32,000 nucleotides of DNA from Vibrio vulnificus CMCP6. Its GTDB lineage: Bacteria > Pseudomonadota > Gammaproteobacteria > Enterobacterales > Vibrionaceae. Positions 1-8,982 of this stretch are shown here, one piece after another (within the stretch, counting starts at the first letter, position 1; each line of letters starts with the position of its first letter). The notes under the pieces are model-generated. The model was not told the DNA's origin, did no database searches, and saw only the letters and a list, made by a program, of their open reading frames with translations. The stretch spans positions 1,050,001-1,082,000 of the forward strand of contig NC_004460.2 of assembly GCF_000039765.1 (NCBI RefSeq). Reading direction: 5' to 3'. Both the position numbers and the translations under genes were made by a program.

Positions 1-225
1 TCAGACAAGTTCGCGGCCATCGACGTCTATCATCATGAACCCGCGACAATGGCGCAAGAACCGATTCTGACCTTGCCCAACGTATTGTGCACGCCGCACA
101 TCGGCTACGTAGAACAAAACAGTTATGAACTATACTTCCGCTATGCGTTCGACAATATTGTGGCGTTTGCTCATGGCCAAGCGCAAAATATCGTCAATCC
201 AGAAGTGTTGTCCCGCACGGAGTGA
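1..225 (+). CDS. D-isomer-specific 2-hydroxyacid dehydrogenase family protein, C-terminal fragment (5' end outside window)
   Basis: Frame 1 is open from base 1 to TGA at 223-225. The translation SDKFAAIDVYHHEP...LPNVLCTPHIGYVEQNSYELYF... carries the catalytic-His region (TPHIG) and the C-terminal layout of this family. Confidence 0.7.
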   Translation, partial: SDKFAAIDVYHHEPATMAQEPILTLPNVLCTPHIGYVEQNSYELYFRYAFDNIVAFAHGQAQNIVNPEVLSRTE

Positions 226-328
226 CGTTACCACTAACGTCTGTTGGCCATGTGTAAGGTCTGTTGGCCATATGGCAGACAGAGCTCGATCACCTGCAAG
301 CACAGACCAACCCTTTAGAGGAAACTCA

Positions 329-577
329 ATGATCAGTTGCAATCAATATGACTATTTGGAAATCGCTTGTCTCTACCGTATCGGGGTTTGCCTCACGTTA
401 AAAGACGGCAGCGAGATCTCTGGCGTGCCAGTCAACACTGGTTTTAATGAACATAAGCAGGAGTGCTTGGAAGTCGAGACGGGAGGAGATGCACTGTGGG
501 TACCGACCGACATGATTTTAACCATGCAAGCGCTAACAGAAAATCCTCATTTTACTAAGATTGAGTTTGAGCAATAG
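329..577 (+). CDS. rof: Rof (YaeO)-like Rho-binding antiterminator family protein, 82 aa
   Basis: Internal ATG at 329 of track ORF 125..577, preceded by AGAGGA (317-322). The product MISCNQYDYLEIACLYRIGVCLTLKDGSEISG... fits the Rof pattern (C-x2-YD-x-LE-x-AC ... L-x-LKDG) and the size of E. coli Rof (84 aa). The upstream 68 codons overlap the previous gene end and look non-coding. Confidence 0.7.
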   Translation: MISCNQYDYLEIACLYRIGVCLTLKDGSEISGVPVNTGFNEHKQECLEVETGGDALWVPTDMILTMQALTENPHFTKIEFEQ

Positions 578-668
578 CGGTCATTGATGTCACTTTGAAA
601 TTCGCCCTCTTACGCACGAGGAGCAACAAAACTTTTTTCTAGACCCGCCCATAGAAAAACAAAAAAAC

Positions 669-704
669 AAAGGGGTTAGAGTCGCTTCTAGACCCCTTAT
701 TTTG
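669..704 (+). terminator. Rho-independent terminator-like hairpin after the rof-like gene
   Basis: AAGGGGT-TAGA / TCTA-g-ACCCCTT stem (669-698) followed by ATTTTGG. Confidence 0.5.
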
Positions 705-803
705 GCGATTTAAGCCACTTGTAAGTCTTTGTTTTTAAACAAGCTATTTTTGTGGATTTTCAATAACTTAAGATGATAGCCTTGGCTCAACTAAGGAGTT
801 GAT

Positions 804-1460
804 ATGAAGTACCAAGGGCAACACTTCCATCGCGAAGATTTCTCAAACCAAGATTTGCAGCAAGCCATTTTTGACCACTGCCATTTCATTGAGTGCAACT
901 TTGATCGAGCCGATCTCACCGACAGCCAGTTTATCCATTGTCGTTTTATCGAAGCGTCATCCATAGAAGGATGCAGTTTCCGCTACACCAAACTGCGAGA
1001 GGCCAGTTTTAAGCACTGTATGATGGCAATGGCTCAATTTACTGGCGCAGACTGTTTCGGCATTGAGTTTCGCGAATGCGATTTAAAGGGCTCCAATTTC
1101 AGCCAAGCCAACTTCTCGAATCGCATTAGTCATAAAGCCTATTTTTGCTCCGCCTACATCACTGGCTGCAACTTGAATTACAGTAATTTTGAACGCGCCA
1201 TGTTAGAAAAGTGTGATCTGTTTGAAAATCGCTGGCGAGGCGCCAATCTTTCGGGTGCCAGTCTCAAAGGCTCTGATTTATCACGAGGCGAATTTTCCCC
1301 AGAGCAATGGGGCAGCTTCATTGTTGAAGAGTGTGACTTAACCCATATCGAACTCGATGGGCTGGATGTTCGCCGCGTGTCACTGCACGGTGCGAAGATA
1401 TGTGACTGGCAACAAGCTCAGCTGTTGGAGTCGTTTGGCCTGATTGTGGTACCTGGCTGA
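804..1460 (+). CDS. qnr: Qnr family pentapeptide-repeat protein (DNA-gyrase protection, quinolone resistance determinant), 218 aa
   Basis: Same length as QnrA/QnrS/QnrVC (218 aa). Long conserved blocks match recalled Qnr sequences: GIEFRECDLKG-NFS, YFCSAYITGCNL-Y-N, LEKC-LFENRW, ANLSGASLKGSDLSRG-FS, DGLD-RRV and WQQ near the C-terminus. AAGGAG lies 6 nt before the ATG. Confidence 0.9.
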   Translation: MKYQGQHFHREDFSNQDLQQAIFDHCHFIECNFDRADLTDSQFIHCRFIEASSIEGCSFRYTKLREASFKHCMMAMAQFTGADCFGIEFRECDLKGSNFSQANFSNRISHKAYFCSAYITGCNLNYSNFERAMLEKCDLFENRWRGANLSGASLKGSDLSRGEFSPEQWGSFIVEECDLTHIELDGLDVRRVSLHGAKICDWQQAQLLESFGLIVVPG

Positions 1461-1488
1461 TTATCCCTTGACAATGAAGGAGCAACCG

Positions 1489-1806
1489 ATGATACAAAAT
1501 CTCTTCGACAACTTACCGAGCTCGTTAGACCAAGAACAATTTGATGACATACTCAAGCTGGATAATGTGCGTATTGAACGCATTGTGTCCCACGGACATC
1601 ATTCCCCAGAAACCGGCTGGTATGATCAAGAGGAACATGAATGGGTCGTGATTTTACAAGGTGAAGGGGAGATTGAGTTCGAAGCTGGGAATATCGTGCA
1701 CTTAACCAAAGGGGAGCATCTTTTTATTCCGGCCCATCAAAAACACAAAGTTCGCTGGACAACGCCCAGCGAACAAACCATTTGGTTGGCGGTGTTTTTT
1801 TCATAA
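1489..1806 (+). CDS. Small cupin-domain protein (~105 aa), function unknown
   Basis: ATG at 1489 follows AAGGAG (1477-1482). The product has a cupin-like core (VSHGHHSPETGWYDQEEHEWVVILQGEGEIEF...GEHLFIPAHQKHKV). It starts 28 nt after the qnr stop, so it is probably co-transcribed. Confidence 0.7.
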   Translation: MIQNLFDNLPSSLDQEQFDDILKLDNVRIERIVSHGHHSPETGWYDQEEHEWVVILQGEGEIEFEAGNIVHLTKGEHLFIPAHQKHKVRWTTPSEQTIWLAVFFS

Positions 1807-1856
1807 ACGGGCTTTCTTATAAACGGGCTTTCTTATAAACGGGCTTTCTCATAAAC
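1803..1856. repeat. Tandem 16-bp repeat ATAAACGGGCTTTCTT, 3.4 copies
   Basis: Read directly. Copies lie at 1803-1818, 1819-1834 and 1835-1850 (one mismatch), with a partial copy at 1851-1856. The first copy contains the cupin stop codon (1804-1806). Confidence 0.9.
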
Positions 1857-1875
1857 AGAATGCCTCCACGAACAG

Positions 1876-1924
1876 CCCCCTTTTGCCAGCTCGGTTCACT
1901 CGCCGCACCACTGGCAAAAGGGGG
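1876..1924. terminator. 14-bp inverted repeat between convergent cupin and MCP genes (possible bidirectional terminator)
   Basis: CCCCCTTTTGCCAG (1876-1889) pairs with CTGGCAAAAGGGGG (1911-1924) across a 21-nt loop. There is no clear U-tract on either strand. Confidence 0.4.
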
Positions 1925-1930
1925 ATTCGG

Positions 1931-3667
1931 TTAGGTACGAATATGTTTAATAACACCGTTGAGATCGTCAACGTTACGTTGCAGATCGACGACAATTGGA
2001 CCAAGTTGATTGATCGCCTCGTTCATTTCTGAAGAGAGGTTTTTGATATTGGCCAAGTTACTGGAGATTTCATCACTGACCGCCAATTGCTCTTCGGTTG
2101 CTGCGGCAATCGACGTGTTCAGTTTATGAATTTCAACCGCAGAACCTTGAATGGTGCCTAAGGCCTCGTTAGCAACCCCCATATTGGATCGCGTTGATTG
2201 CATCTTATCGGCACTGCTTTGAATGGTCGACGTTGACTGTTTCGCTTTCTCTTGCAATGTCATGATGATGCTTTCAATCTCACCGGTGGAATCTTGAGTA
2301 CGTTGTGCCAATGAACGCACTTCATCTGCCACCACCGCAAAACCACGGCCTTGTTCCCCTGCCCGCGCCGCTTCTATCGCCGCATTCAGTGCCAGTAAGT
2401 TGGTTTGTTCGGCAATCGCTTTGATCACATCCAACACATTACCGACGTTATTGGACTCTTCCGCCAATTGCTGGATGATCTGCGAGGTGTTGGTGAACTC
2501 CCCTTCAAGCACCGAGAATTCTCGCGTGGTTTTATCAAAGACCGACTTACTGGTGGAAGCCTCTTTTTCTGCACTGCCCGCATACTGCTCAGCCATGTTG
2601 GTGCTTTGTGCCACATTCGAAAGTGCCGCTGTCATCTCTTCCATCGCGGTAGCCGCCATCTCCATCTCTTGGTTCTGCTGACCCGCCATAGAAATGTTTC
2701 TATGCGTAATGCTTTGAATCGCTTCAGAAATGTTGGAAATGGTGTCGTTCACCTGATTGATCTTATTGATGGTTTTCGCATAGCTGATCAACACTTTGTT
2801 AATGGTGGTGCCGATAACGCCAAGCTCGTTATTGCTCTTGTCATCCACACGTAAAGTTAGATCCGAATTGACGTCGACTTCTTTTAAAATATTGGCCATT
2901 TGGTCGATGGGTTTTACCACTTTGCGGTTAACCAACACATAACCGATGATCGCAATGACAAACACCACAATCAGCGATACATTGCCGATCATCACGGTCG
3001 TCGTGACATCATGCGCTGCTGCATCAAATTGACGATTGGTTCGCGCTTCTAGCTCTTTAAAGAACTCATCAATCGGCGCCATGATTTTGGCTTTTTCTTG
3101 GTGATATTCTTTACTGTGTAAGAGTTTCGCCGCCATTGCCATATCTGGCTCTGCTCGACGAGTGTAGTTGCCAGAACTATCCGGATAGAGCCCCTTCACC
3201 GCATTCATCGCTTTGACTTCCATATTCACCAAAGCATCGGAATTTTGTTGGGCTTGTTTAAGAAGTTGAAACTCAGATTGGGTGAAGCCCAGATTTTCCA
3301 TCATTTTTTGTAGTGAGATTCTTGCACCATCGGCTTTGGGTTTTTGCCCATAGTTCAACACCAAATCCCAGTAGATGGTGTGATAGTTTTGCGGTCTCGG
3401 TTTGTCACCATTTCGAATGGCAAGGATGTCCATGTACATTTTTTCGTAGGTTTCATCACCTGTCAGCACATAAGTACGCCCTAAACGTGTCAAATCGTCA
3501 GAGCTTTGGCGTAGCTCATCTGCCGCTTGATACGATTGATAACGGACCTGCGACATCTGATTCACTTTTTGCAGTAATCCGTTGAGCTGCAACACCGTTA
3601 CCACACTGATTACGATGCCAAGGCCAATGACCCCAAACACCAGTTTCATCGTGCTATTGATATTCAT
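1931..3667 (-). CDS. Methyl-accepting chemotaxis protein with a periplasmic helical (CHASE3-like) sensor, HAMP and MCP signalling domains
   Basis: Track ORF 1931..3676. It shows an N-terminal TM, a ~190-aa periplasmic region, a second TM, HAMP, and the conserved signalling hairpin [36 protein letters not shown] place the start at the second ATG (3667) because AAGGA abuts the first ATG (3676) but sits 9 nt from the second. Either start is possible. Confidence 0.88.
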   Translation of the reverse strand: MNINSTMKLVFGVIGLGIVISVVTVLQLNGLLQKVNQMSQVRYQSYQAADELRQSSDDLTRLGRTYVLTGDETYEKMYMDILAIRNGDKPRPQNYHTIYWDLVLNYGQKPKADGARISLQKMMENLGFTQSEFQLLKQAQQNSDALVNMEVKAMNAVKGLYPDSSGNYTRRAEPDMAMAAKLLHSKEYHQEKAKIMAPIDEFFKELEARTNRQFDAAAHDVTTTVMIGNVSLIVVFVIAIIGYVLVNRKVVKPIDQMANILKEVDVNSDLTLRVDDKSNNELGVIGTTINKVLISYAKTINKINQVNDTISNISEAIQSITHRNISMAGQQNQEMEMAATAMEEMTAALSNVAQSTNMAEQYAGSAEKEASTSKSVFDKTTREFSVLEGEFTNTSQIIQQLAEESNNVGNVLDVIKAIAEQTNLLALNAAIEAARAGEQGRGFAVVADEVRSLAQRTQDSTGEIESIIMTLQEKAKQSTSTIQSSADKMQSTRSNMGVANEALGTIQGSAVEIHKLNTSIAAATEEQLAVSDEISSNLANIKNLSSEMNEAINQLGPIVVDLQRNVDDLNGVIKHIRT

Positions 3668-3787
3668 ACTGTTCATTCCTTGTTAATTTAACTTTGCCAA
3701 CTACGTTGTTGTTATAGGGAATTGGGGAACAGCATCCCTCCAGTTATCATTAACGCTTCGCTCTTCGTCGTTGCGCTTTTTCTCCGT

Positions 3788-6700
3788 TTACTCAGGTTTT
3801 GGAAATGCCGCCAGCATCTCTTTAGCCTGCTCAAACTCAAAACTTTCAATGGCATTGATAAGCTGCTGCTTTTGCTCATCCGTCCACACATCGCAATCTT
3901 TGGCTTGCTTAATCACATCCACCGCCGCCACATCGTATTGCTCGACAAGCTCGACCAGCCGTTTGTAGAGCTCTGCCGCTTCTTCGCATTCTTGCTCACT
4001 CACATTGACATGCCGTTTTTGCCATTCCGATAATTGTGCGTGCAGCTTATCGAGCGCGACACCCGCTAATTCCAACTCACCGATCACGGTTTTACTGCGA
4101 TGATCGATGCTCTTCTCCATTTTTATTGCCAGCTGAGCAAGAGGAGTGACGCCAAGATTGGCTGCAGCGCCTTTGAGGGTATGAGCCATACGCGCCGCCA
4201 TATCCCAATCTTCTTTTTCCACTACCTCTTTAAACATAGGCAACTCTTCCAATTGCATCTCTAAAAAACGACTTAAAATCGACAAATAACTTTCCTTATT
4301 CCCGCCAGTGTTAAAAATCGCTTCTTTTAGATTAATACCGGATAAAGTGGGCAAATCGTCTTCATCGGCAGAGGCTGTCCGATCCGGGGTACTCTGTGAA
4401 CTCGAGGTCGAATGTGATGACGAGGTGTGACTCGCTGCGTTGCTTGCCGACAAGTACTGAGAAAGCACTTGGTAAAGATTATGCACATTGATGGGTTTTG
4501 CGACGTGGTCATTCATGCCCGCTTCATGGCATCGTTCTACATCGCTTTGCATCGCGTTGGCCGTCATGGCGACGATCGGCAATGTTGCCCACTCAGCTCG
4601 CTCGCGGATCGCTTTGGTGGCGGTAATGCCATCCATCACCGGCATTTGCATGTCCATCAAAACCAGATCGATCGGATGATGCTCGAGTGCTTCTATGGCT
4701 AACTTGCCGTTATCTGCGGTGATAATGTTGAGATTTGTACCATTAAGAAGACCAATCGCCACTTCTTGGTTCACTTCATTATCTTCCACCAGTAACAAGG
4801 TTTGTCCATCAAACACCGGTTTCTCAAACGTCACGGTTGTGCTGCTTCGCGTCACGTGTTCAATGCCATAGCTGTCCATAATGGCATCTAGCAAATTGGA
4901 CGGATTCACTGGTTTGACGATTAAAGAATCCACCAGCTTACTGCTGTTTTCATCCATGGAAATTTCGCGTCCATAGGCGGTCACCAAGAAGTTTTTCGTT
5001 TCTGCAAGCAATCGCTCTTGATGGGCTGTTTGCAACAGCTCTAACCCGTTCATGCCCGGCATGTTCCAGTCAACAAACACCATATCAAAGGCGCCTTGGC
5101 GGAGCTCGTCTAAGGCTTCGAAGCCATTGCTCACCGCTTTGGCATCAAATTGCATCGCGCTCAGTAGCGTCATTAAAATGTTTCGTGCGGAATCGTTATC
5201 ATCGACAATCAAGGCGCGTTTGCCTGCCAAACCACTAATTGGTTTCGCTATGTCGCGCATTTTCGCCTCTTGCAAGCCGCAGTGAATGGTAAAGGTAAAC
5301 GTCGACCCCATACCGACGGCGCTGCTGACCGACAATTGCCCGCCCATCAGTTCCACCAACTGCTTACTGATGCTAAGCCCTAATCCTGTGCCGCCAAACT
5401 CGCGAGTAATGCTGGTGTCCGCTTGTGAGAAAGCGTTAAAGAGATCGGCTATTTTCTCTTTATCGATACCGATGCCGGTGTCTTTCACCGAGAAGCGGAG
5501 CGTCACATCATCACTGGATTGCGACTCCGGCATGACCGACACCAAGATCTCGCCTTTTTCGGTAAATTTCACCGCATTTCCGCACAAATTCACCAACACT
5601 TGGCCAAGACGAAGGGGATCACCCACCAAGCCAACTGGCACTCTTGGATCGATATCCAACAAGAACTCAATGCCTTTTTCCTGTGCTTTAAACGAGATCA
5701 CGTTGGTCAAATTTTCAAACACTTCATCCAAGCTGAAATCAATCGACTCGACACTCAGTTTGCCCGCTTCAATTTTGGAGAAATCGAGAATGTCATTGAT
5801 GATGCCCAGTAAGTTCTTCGCGGACTCATTAATGCGTGTGAGGTACTTGCGTTGGGAAGGGTCCAGTTCGGTATTGAGCGCAAGATGCGCCATGCCTAAG
5901 ATGGCATTCATCGGGGTGCGGATTTCATGACTCATATTGGCGAGGAAATCCCCTTTCGCTCGACTCATCGCATCGGCGGTGTCTTTCGCATCTCGCAGCT
6001 CTGACTCCATCTGCTTGCGCTCGGTGAGATCCAACAAGATCCCCACGATCCCAGAAACACGACCTTGGCTATTATTGAACGACGCTTCGCAGACCAACAT
6101 ATCGCGGCATCCACCTTGGCTATCGAGCAGCGACAGCTCATAGTTCTTACTGCACTGCTCTTGGCTAAGCTCTTGATGTACCTGGGTAAAATGATGCGAA
6201 GCGTCTTGCTGGCTGAACACTTCTATCGGGGTGCGTCCGACAATTTCGTGCATCGCCAAGCCCGTCAACTCACTGAATTTGGCATTGACGGTTAAATACT
6301 TGCCTTGCGCTGAGAGGCAGTACATCGGATTGGGGGTCGCGTTGAGGATTTCTTGATTGAGCTGCGACTGTTCCAGTACTTTCTGCTCCGCTTTTCTTTG
6401 CAGCTCCACATTCTGGCTCAGTTGAATACTCACAGAAAGATCATCCAGCATCTGTGATAGCCATTGATACTGTAACGGGGTAAGCGTATCGACCGTACCG
6501 AGTTCCAATAGCGCCACCGGCTGTTTGTTCACGCACAATGGGAAATAGTAAATTTCATTCAGTTCCAGCACGCCTCCGTTGACGTGCGTGGTGTATTTTC
6601 CCTGCAACGATTTCATGCTGTAGGGTTTATCGGACAGCAACACGCTGAGCTGCGTTGAGCTCTGATCGCTGATTTCACGGCTGATGGTATCGTCATAACC

Positions 6701-7774
6701 CGCCCCGGCAATACGAATCAGTTTGTCATCGCGGTAGATCGCAATACTGACTTGCTGCACAGGAAATTGATGAAGCAGAAACTGCGTGACTTCATGGCAC
6801 AAAGACTGCGTCGATTGGCTGGTTCGCAGCACGATGTTGAAATCTTTCACTAAGGTGTTTTGGCTCAGCTGCTCGGAAATATGGTGGAAGACCACATTCA
6901 AACTGTCGATGAATTTTTGCAGCTCGGCATACGCGGTTTGCGTAATCGTAAAAGCGTAATCTTGCGCTTTTACTTGATTCACCACCGTACGTAGTAGCTT
7001 ACTCAATGGGCTGATGTACAAACGCCACAACAGCGTGAACGAAACAACGATCGATGCAAGTAAAATGGCCACCAACACTCGGTATACATACTGGTATTGC
7101 AGCTCCTGAGTGTCGGTTTGCTCTATGTTGCCTTCAATACGGTGAACGATCGCTTGATGCGCCGAGCCGATCGCTTTCATGATCTTGGCTTTTTCTTCAA
7201 AGTAGACTTTGCCGTACAGCAACGATTGCGCATAAGGCAGATCCGGTTTGCCCGTATAAAACTCCTTACCATCAGGCTCCAACTTAAATCCCTTTACGGC
7301 TAAAAATGCTTCACGCTCCAGATTCACCAAGTTATCCGACAGCATTAAGGCGCTTTTCAGCTCAAGAAACTCGGTGGCGCTGATGCCAGAATCACGTAGC
7401 CTTTGCAGTAGCGGGACGCCTGTCTCGCTGGTAAACGGTGGAACATATTCGGCAGAGCTGGCAGCGAGATCCCAATACTCGTATTCATTTCCCGCAGGCA
7501 AAGGCAATTTGCCGTCACGAATATCCAGCACCTTGTTGAACAGCGCTTCCCAGTAATCATCTCCGGTCACCACGTAAGCTCGTGCAAACTTAGTCAAATG
7601 ATCTGAGCTTTGTTTGAGCTCTTGAGAAAGACGGTAAAACCGATAGAGATCTTGCTGATAATCTCGACTTTGGGTTCGAAGCTCCGCCACCTTTTGCGTG
7701 ACAGACAACATGGCAATAGAACAGATCCCCATCGCCAAAAACAGCAGCATAAATAAAGTTCTAATTGAGCGCAT
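3788..7774 (-). CDS. Hybrid sensor histidine kinase, 1328 aa: periplasmic helical sensor, GAF-like, PAS, HisKA/HATPase, two REC domains, Hpt
   Basis: H-box FLANMSHEIRTPMNAILG. ATPase G-boxes DTGIGI and GGTGLGLSIS. REC1 is ALIVDDNDSARN...DWNMPGMNG and REC2 is LLLVEDNEVNQE...LMDMQMPVMDG. The Hpt motif is HTLKGAAANLG. GAAGG lies 8 nt before the ATG at 7774. Confidence 0.9.
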   Translation of the reverse strand: MRSIRTLFMLLFLAMGICSIAMLSVTQKVAELRTQSRDYQQDLYRFYRLSQELKQSSDHLTKFARAYVVTGDDYWEALFNKVLDIRDGKLPLPAGNEYEYWDLAASSAEYVPPFTSETGVPLLQRLRDSGISATEFLELKSALMLSDNLVNLEREAFLAVKGFKLEPDGKEFYTGKPDLPYAQSLLYGKVYFEEKAKIMKAIGSAHQAIVHRIEGNIEQTDTQELQYQYVYRVLVAILLASIVVSFTLLWRLYISPLSKLLRTVVNQVKAQDYAFTITQTAYAELQKFIDSLNVVFHHISEQLSQNTLVKDFNIVLRTSQSTQSLCHEVTQFLLHQFPVQQVSIAIYRDDKLIRIAGAGYDDTISREISDQSSTQLSVLLSDKPYSMKSLQGKYTTHVNGGVLELNEIYYFPLCVNKQPVALLELGTVDTLTPLQYQWLSQMLDDLSVSIQLSQNVELQRKAEQKVLEQSQLNQEILNATPNPMYCLSAQGKYLTVNAKFSELTGLAMHEIVGRTPIEVFSQQDASHHFTQVHQELSQEQCSKNYELSLLDSQGGCRDMLVCEASFNNSQGRVSGIVGILLDLTERKQMESELRDAKDTADAMSRAKGDFLANMSHEIRTPMNAILGMAHLALNTELDPSQRKYLTRINESAKNLLGIINDILDFSKIEAGKLSVESIDFSLDEVFENLTNVISFKAQEKGIEFLLDIDPRVPVGLVGDPLRLGQVLVNLCGNAVKFTEKGEILVSVMPESQSSDDVTLRFSVKDTGIGIDKEKIADLFNAFSQADTSITREFGGTGLGLSISKQLVELMGGQLSVSSAVGMGSTFTFTIHCGLQEAKMRDIAKPISGLAGKRALIVDDNDSARNILMTLLSAMQFDAKAVSNGFEALDELRQGAFDMVFVDWNMPGMNGLELLQTAHQERLLAETKNFLVTAYGREISMDENSSKLVDSLIVKPVNPSNLLDAIMDSYGIEHVTRSSTTVTFEKPVFDGQTLLLVEDNEVNQEVAIGLLNGTNLNIITADNGKLAIEALEHHPIDLVLMDMQMPVMDGITATKAIRERAEWATLPIVAMTANAMQSDVERCHEAGMNDHVAKPINVHNLYQVLSQYLSASNAASHTSSSHSTSSSQSTPDRTASADEDDLPTLSGINLKEAIFNTGGNKESYLSILSRFLEMQLEELPMFKEVVEKEDWDMAARMAHTLKGAAANLGVTPLAQLAIKMEKSIDHRSKTVIGELELAGVALDKLHAQLSEWQKRHVNVSEQECEEAAELYKRLVELVEQYDVAAVDVIKQAKDCDVWTDEQKQQLINAIESFEFEQAKEMLAAFPKPE

Positions 7775-7887
7775 TCGCTGGGCCTTCTTGCAAGATAACA
7801 GTGCAATAAATCGATGCTTGTCTATAGTTACTGATAAGTTTAGTTATTGTTCAGCAAGTTGCAGGAAAACTTTTTCAGGATTGATAT

Positions 7888-8982
7888 ATGCCCATTGAAA
7901 ATCTGGATGATTGTACCGTTTTGATTGTCGACGACTCCGCAGACAATCTGGCGTTTATGGCTCAAGGACTCTCCAATCGCTACCACGTGAAAGCGGCCAA
8001 ATCTGGGGAGATGGCGTTGCATATCTTAGAGCAGTTTGAGATTGATTTAGTGCTGCTCGATATCGTGATGCCCGAGCTATCGGGTTATGACGTGATCAGA
8101 AAAATTCGAGCCAATCACAAAACTCAAGATATTCCTGTGGTCTTTTTGACGGGTAAAGACTCGCCCGAAGATGAAAAACTCGGTTTCGAGCTCGGGGCGG
8201 CCGACTATATTCACAAACCCGTCAGTATTCCTTTGCTGCGCTCGCGCGTGAAAACCCATCTGCAAAATAAACGCTCGAAAGATTTTCTACGCGATCAAAA
8301 TGGCTACCTAGAGAAAGAGGTACTCAAACGTTCACACGAGCTTGACCGCATGCAAGATGCGGTGGTGTTTGCCTTAGCCAGTTTGGCGGAAACACGCGAT
8401 CCGGAAACAGGCAACCATATTTTGCGAACTCAGCATTATGTGCGTTTACTGGCGGAACAGTTGGCGTTGCTTCCCAAATACCAAACGGTTCTCACCCCCA
8501 AAATTGTGGATACCTACTTTAAAGCCGCACCACTGCATGACATTGGCAAGGTGGGCATTGTTGACTCTATTTTGCTCAAACCTGGCAAGCTCACAGCAGA
8601 AGAATTTGAAGAGATGAAATCTCACACCACACTGGGATTATTGGCTCTAGAGAAAGCAGAGAAACTCTCCGGCGCGCAAAATGATCTCATCTCTGCGGCA
8701 AAAGAGATTGCTTATGGGCACCATGAAAAGTGGGATGGCTCTGGTTACCCCAATGGCTATGCGGGTGAGCGTATCCCGCTCAGTGCTCGGCTCATGGCCA
8801 TTGCCGATGTGTATGACGCGCTGCGCTGCAAACGTGTGTATAAAGATCCGATGAGCCATGAAGAGACACGCTCAATCATTCTCGAAGGTAATGGGACACA
8901 TTTTGATCCCGAGGTGATCGATGCCTTCCTTGCTCAAGAGGATATGTTCATCAAGATCGCCAGCGAATTTGCGGATGAATGA
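7888..8982 (+). CDS. Response regulator with HD-GYP output domain (c-di-GMP phosphodiesterase, RpfG family)
   Basis: N-terminal REC (VLIVDDSADN...LLDIVMPELSGYD...KP). C-terminal HD-GYP motifs are HDIGKVGI and HHEKWDGSGYP. It is divergent from the hybrid kinase across a 113-bp intergenic region. Confidence 0.9.
   Translation: MPIENLDDCTVLIVDDSADNLAFMAQGLSNRYHVKAAKSGEMALHILEQFEIDLVLLDIVMPELSGYDVIRKIRANHKTQDIPVVFLTGKDSPEDEKLGFELGAADYIHKPVSIPLLRSRVKTHLQNKRSKDFLRDQNGYLEKEVLKRSHELDRMQDAVVFALASLAETRDPETGNHILRTQHYVRLLAEQLALLPKYQTVLTPKIVDTYFKAAPLHDIGKVGIVDSILLKPGKLTAEEFEEMKSHTTLGLLALEKAEKLSGAQNDLISAAKEIAYGHHEKWDGSGYPNGYAGERIPLSARLMAIADVYDALRCKRVYKDPMSHEETRSIILEGNGTHFDPEVIDAFLAQEDMFIKIASEFADE

Noticed and set aside
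125-328. N-terminal 68 codons of track ORF 125..577
   Set aside because: They overlap the end of the dehydrogenase gene in another frame, have no RBS, and are rich in Arg, Cys and Trp. The Rof-like homology and a good RBS begin at the internal ATG at 329.
578-803. LexA (SOS) box upstream of qnr
   Set aside because: No CTGT-N8-ACAG is present; there is no CTGT or ACAG at all in this interval. The only symmetry is CTTGT-N16-ACAAG (718-743), which does not fit LexA.
5286-5930. 214-aa ORF antisense to the hybrid kinase; similar long antisense ORFs at 21667..22236, 26990..27706, 28268..28789, 19578..20069 and 2405..2854
   Set aside because: Each lies wholly inside a well-supported gene on the opposite strand. 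Their composition is low-complexity and rich in Arg, Ser and Pro, they have no RBS, and they show no recognisable motifs. These are typical shadow ORFs.
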